From NCBI GenBank assembly GCA_951813565.1, contig OX638351.1:1216001-1280000 (forward strand): 64,000 bases of DNA. Reading direction: 5' to 3'. Each line of letters opens with the position of its first letter. Positions within the stretch are counted from its first letter, which is position 1. This stretch comes from an uncultured Poribacteria bacterium (GTDB lineage Bacteria; Poribacteria; WGA-4E; WGA-3G). Below, in pieces: positions 62,372 through 64,000 of the stretch. Both the position numbers and the translations under genes were made by a program. The notes under the pieces were generated by a model. The model was not told the origin of the DNA. It worked only from the letters and a program-made list of their open reading frames with translations, and did no database searches.

Positions 62372-63132
62372 AATAGTATTCCCTGCCTATAGGCAATGTC
62401 CATATATTTGCAGATTTTAATTTTTTGAAATATCATCTTGGGAAGTATTTTGCCAATAGCATAGCATAAAAATGCTTACCTGTCAATGAGAATACCAGAA
62501 ATGGGTGTGTAAAGTTTTTGTCATTAACCATATTTTCTTGTTGGAGGGTTTTGGAAACCCGATTTCATTTTGTCAGAATCGCGGAAAGCCGGAGAACGCG
62601 GAAAACACGGAAAGACCTACTTTTATCCCAGTTAATTCTCATATATATATTCCAATGCTTTGAAAATATTGCTGATCCAGAAAGCAACATCTTCCGCGTT
62701 CTCCAGGGAATGCCTAAATGGCATTCCCCGTATGGCATGCTGCCAAATCAACGCCAAATACGCTTTTTGGCATTTGGCGGGTGTCAATTTAAGGATATAC
62801 CTTCTTGTGGGAGTGAATCAACGCCAAATGCGCTTTTTGGCATTTGGCGGGTTTTCAACCCCGATTTTACAGGTTAAGACTCACGAAATCGGGGTTGAAA
62901 ACCCCTCCTACAAGAAGAAAATTCAACATTTTTCTCTTAAATTGACAGTTATGGGTAGAGCGGAGCGACACCCAACATTTGCGCATAAGAAAAAAGGCAC
63001 GCATGAAGGCGTGCCTAATGTATGGAAAACTTTATGATAGAACCATTACAATCAGGGTGTTGCAAAAAAGGATTTGTTTTCTATTTTGGGGTTCTCATCT
63101 CCTTAATACCATAGCCAAGTAGCCCTTGTGTT

Positions 63133-63510
63133 TTATTTCAACGGCTGCGATTCCTTTGAAACGCTATTTATGACTGCTAATGGAATAACCAACATACTAC
63201 TTACTGTGTTTCGCTGTTGAGCACCACTGTCAGTGACACCTGGAACCCTGTCAGTAGTGCTTTTAGAATCAGAACTATTTTTTTCAGATGCCTCCGGTTG
63301 CGCTGTGTCAGTGAATTCAATTTGTGGTGTTTCTACCTGCTTAATTTCTGAGGGTTTCTCCAAGCGCTGTATTTCTACGTTGGTATCGGTATCCTGTGGT
63401 TGGAGATATGCCATCTCATTTTGGAACCACAAATAACATCCAAGTGTGAAAATCAGGAGGAAGACAGTACCACCGAGTATCCAGTTGTCTATGGAAATTT
63501 CATTAAACAT
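63133..63510 (-). CDS. Small single-TM protein
   Basis: Paralog of the 59434 gene; SD AGGAG. Confidence 0.7.
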   Translation of the reverse strand: MFNEISIDNWILGGTVFLLIFTLGCYLWFQNEMAYLQPQDTDTNVEIQRLEKPSEIKQVETPQIEFTDTAQPEASEKNSSDSKSTTDRVPGVTDSGAQQRNTVSSMLVIPLAVINSVSKESQPLK

Positions 63511-63686
63511 AATTTCTCCTATTTAATTTGTATGCTTTTGTGGCATTCATTAGATGATGAACCCATTGTATTAATTGTTTCGGTTAACATTTAGATGCGT
63601 GAAAAAACTTTATTTTCAGGAAAACTGAATCTTCTTAATCTTTAGATACTTAAGTAGCTTTCTACTTTTAGATCTCCTTATGATTA

Positions 63687-63847
63687 ACGTGAGTTTGATA
63701 AATAGTTAGAACTTCCACATTTCCTCTTAAAGTCCCTCTGATAAGGGGGATTTAGGGGGTTAAAAACGCCAAAATAACGATTTTTTCAGCAAATATGCCC
63801 GTTCTCTGTTCAATTTTTGCCTGTCCAGTTAATTATCAAACTCACGT
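63687..63847. mobile_element. IS982-derived MITE
   Basis: IS982 TIRs; 8-bp TSD TATGATTA; near-identical to the 58837 copy apart from a small internal hairpin. Confidence 0.9.
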
Positions 63848-64000
63848 TATGATTATAGACGCGTTTTTGAGGGCAAAAAGGTGCATTTTTTCAAAAAACT
63901 ACATTTTTTTGGATAAACAGGTAATTTTGCGTAATTTCTTCCAAAGATGTATAAAAATTTAGGTTTGGGAACAGGTTGAAAACCAGTTTAAGATGATACT

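Overview
Bacterial chromosome segment. The gene repertoire and a recurrent C-terminal 'KLTTxWGxLK'-like tail suggest Candidatus Poribacteria or a relative; this is an inference, not a tested assignment. The left edge holds the start of a type I-B CRISPR-cas operon: cas6, then a CXXC-CXXC cas8 running off the window with a probable embedded cas11 start. No CRISPR array is visible. From 2 to 34 kb the genes are mostly housekeeping or metabolic: batC/batD-like, three TIM-barrel epimerases, a ThDP keto-acid decarboxylase, an orphan DNA MTase, dtd, argF, thrC, a Czc-type RND efflux system, holA, and an FmdB-type zinc ribbon with a candidate Sec codon. From 34 to 64 kb lies an accessory region of exported proteins: a LamG pair, DUF4159-like, two Omp85-like barrels, PA14, a membrane-anchored ECF sigma factor, a C39-peptidase/Ig-like protein, a C-type lectin fragment, a trypsin-TPR protein, and IS982 and IS701 elements. 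The most striking feature is a tandem array of five TolB/PD40 beta-propeller genes (46.2-55.6 kb). They have near-constant frameworks, two hypervariable loops per blade, identical amplification junctions and mosaic segments, resembling an antibody-like repertoire, and all carry the shared C-terminal tail. Intergenic DNA is dense with nested MITEs and GTAG-type REP palindromes.
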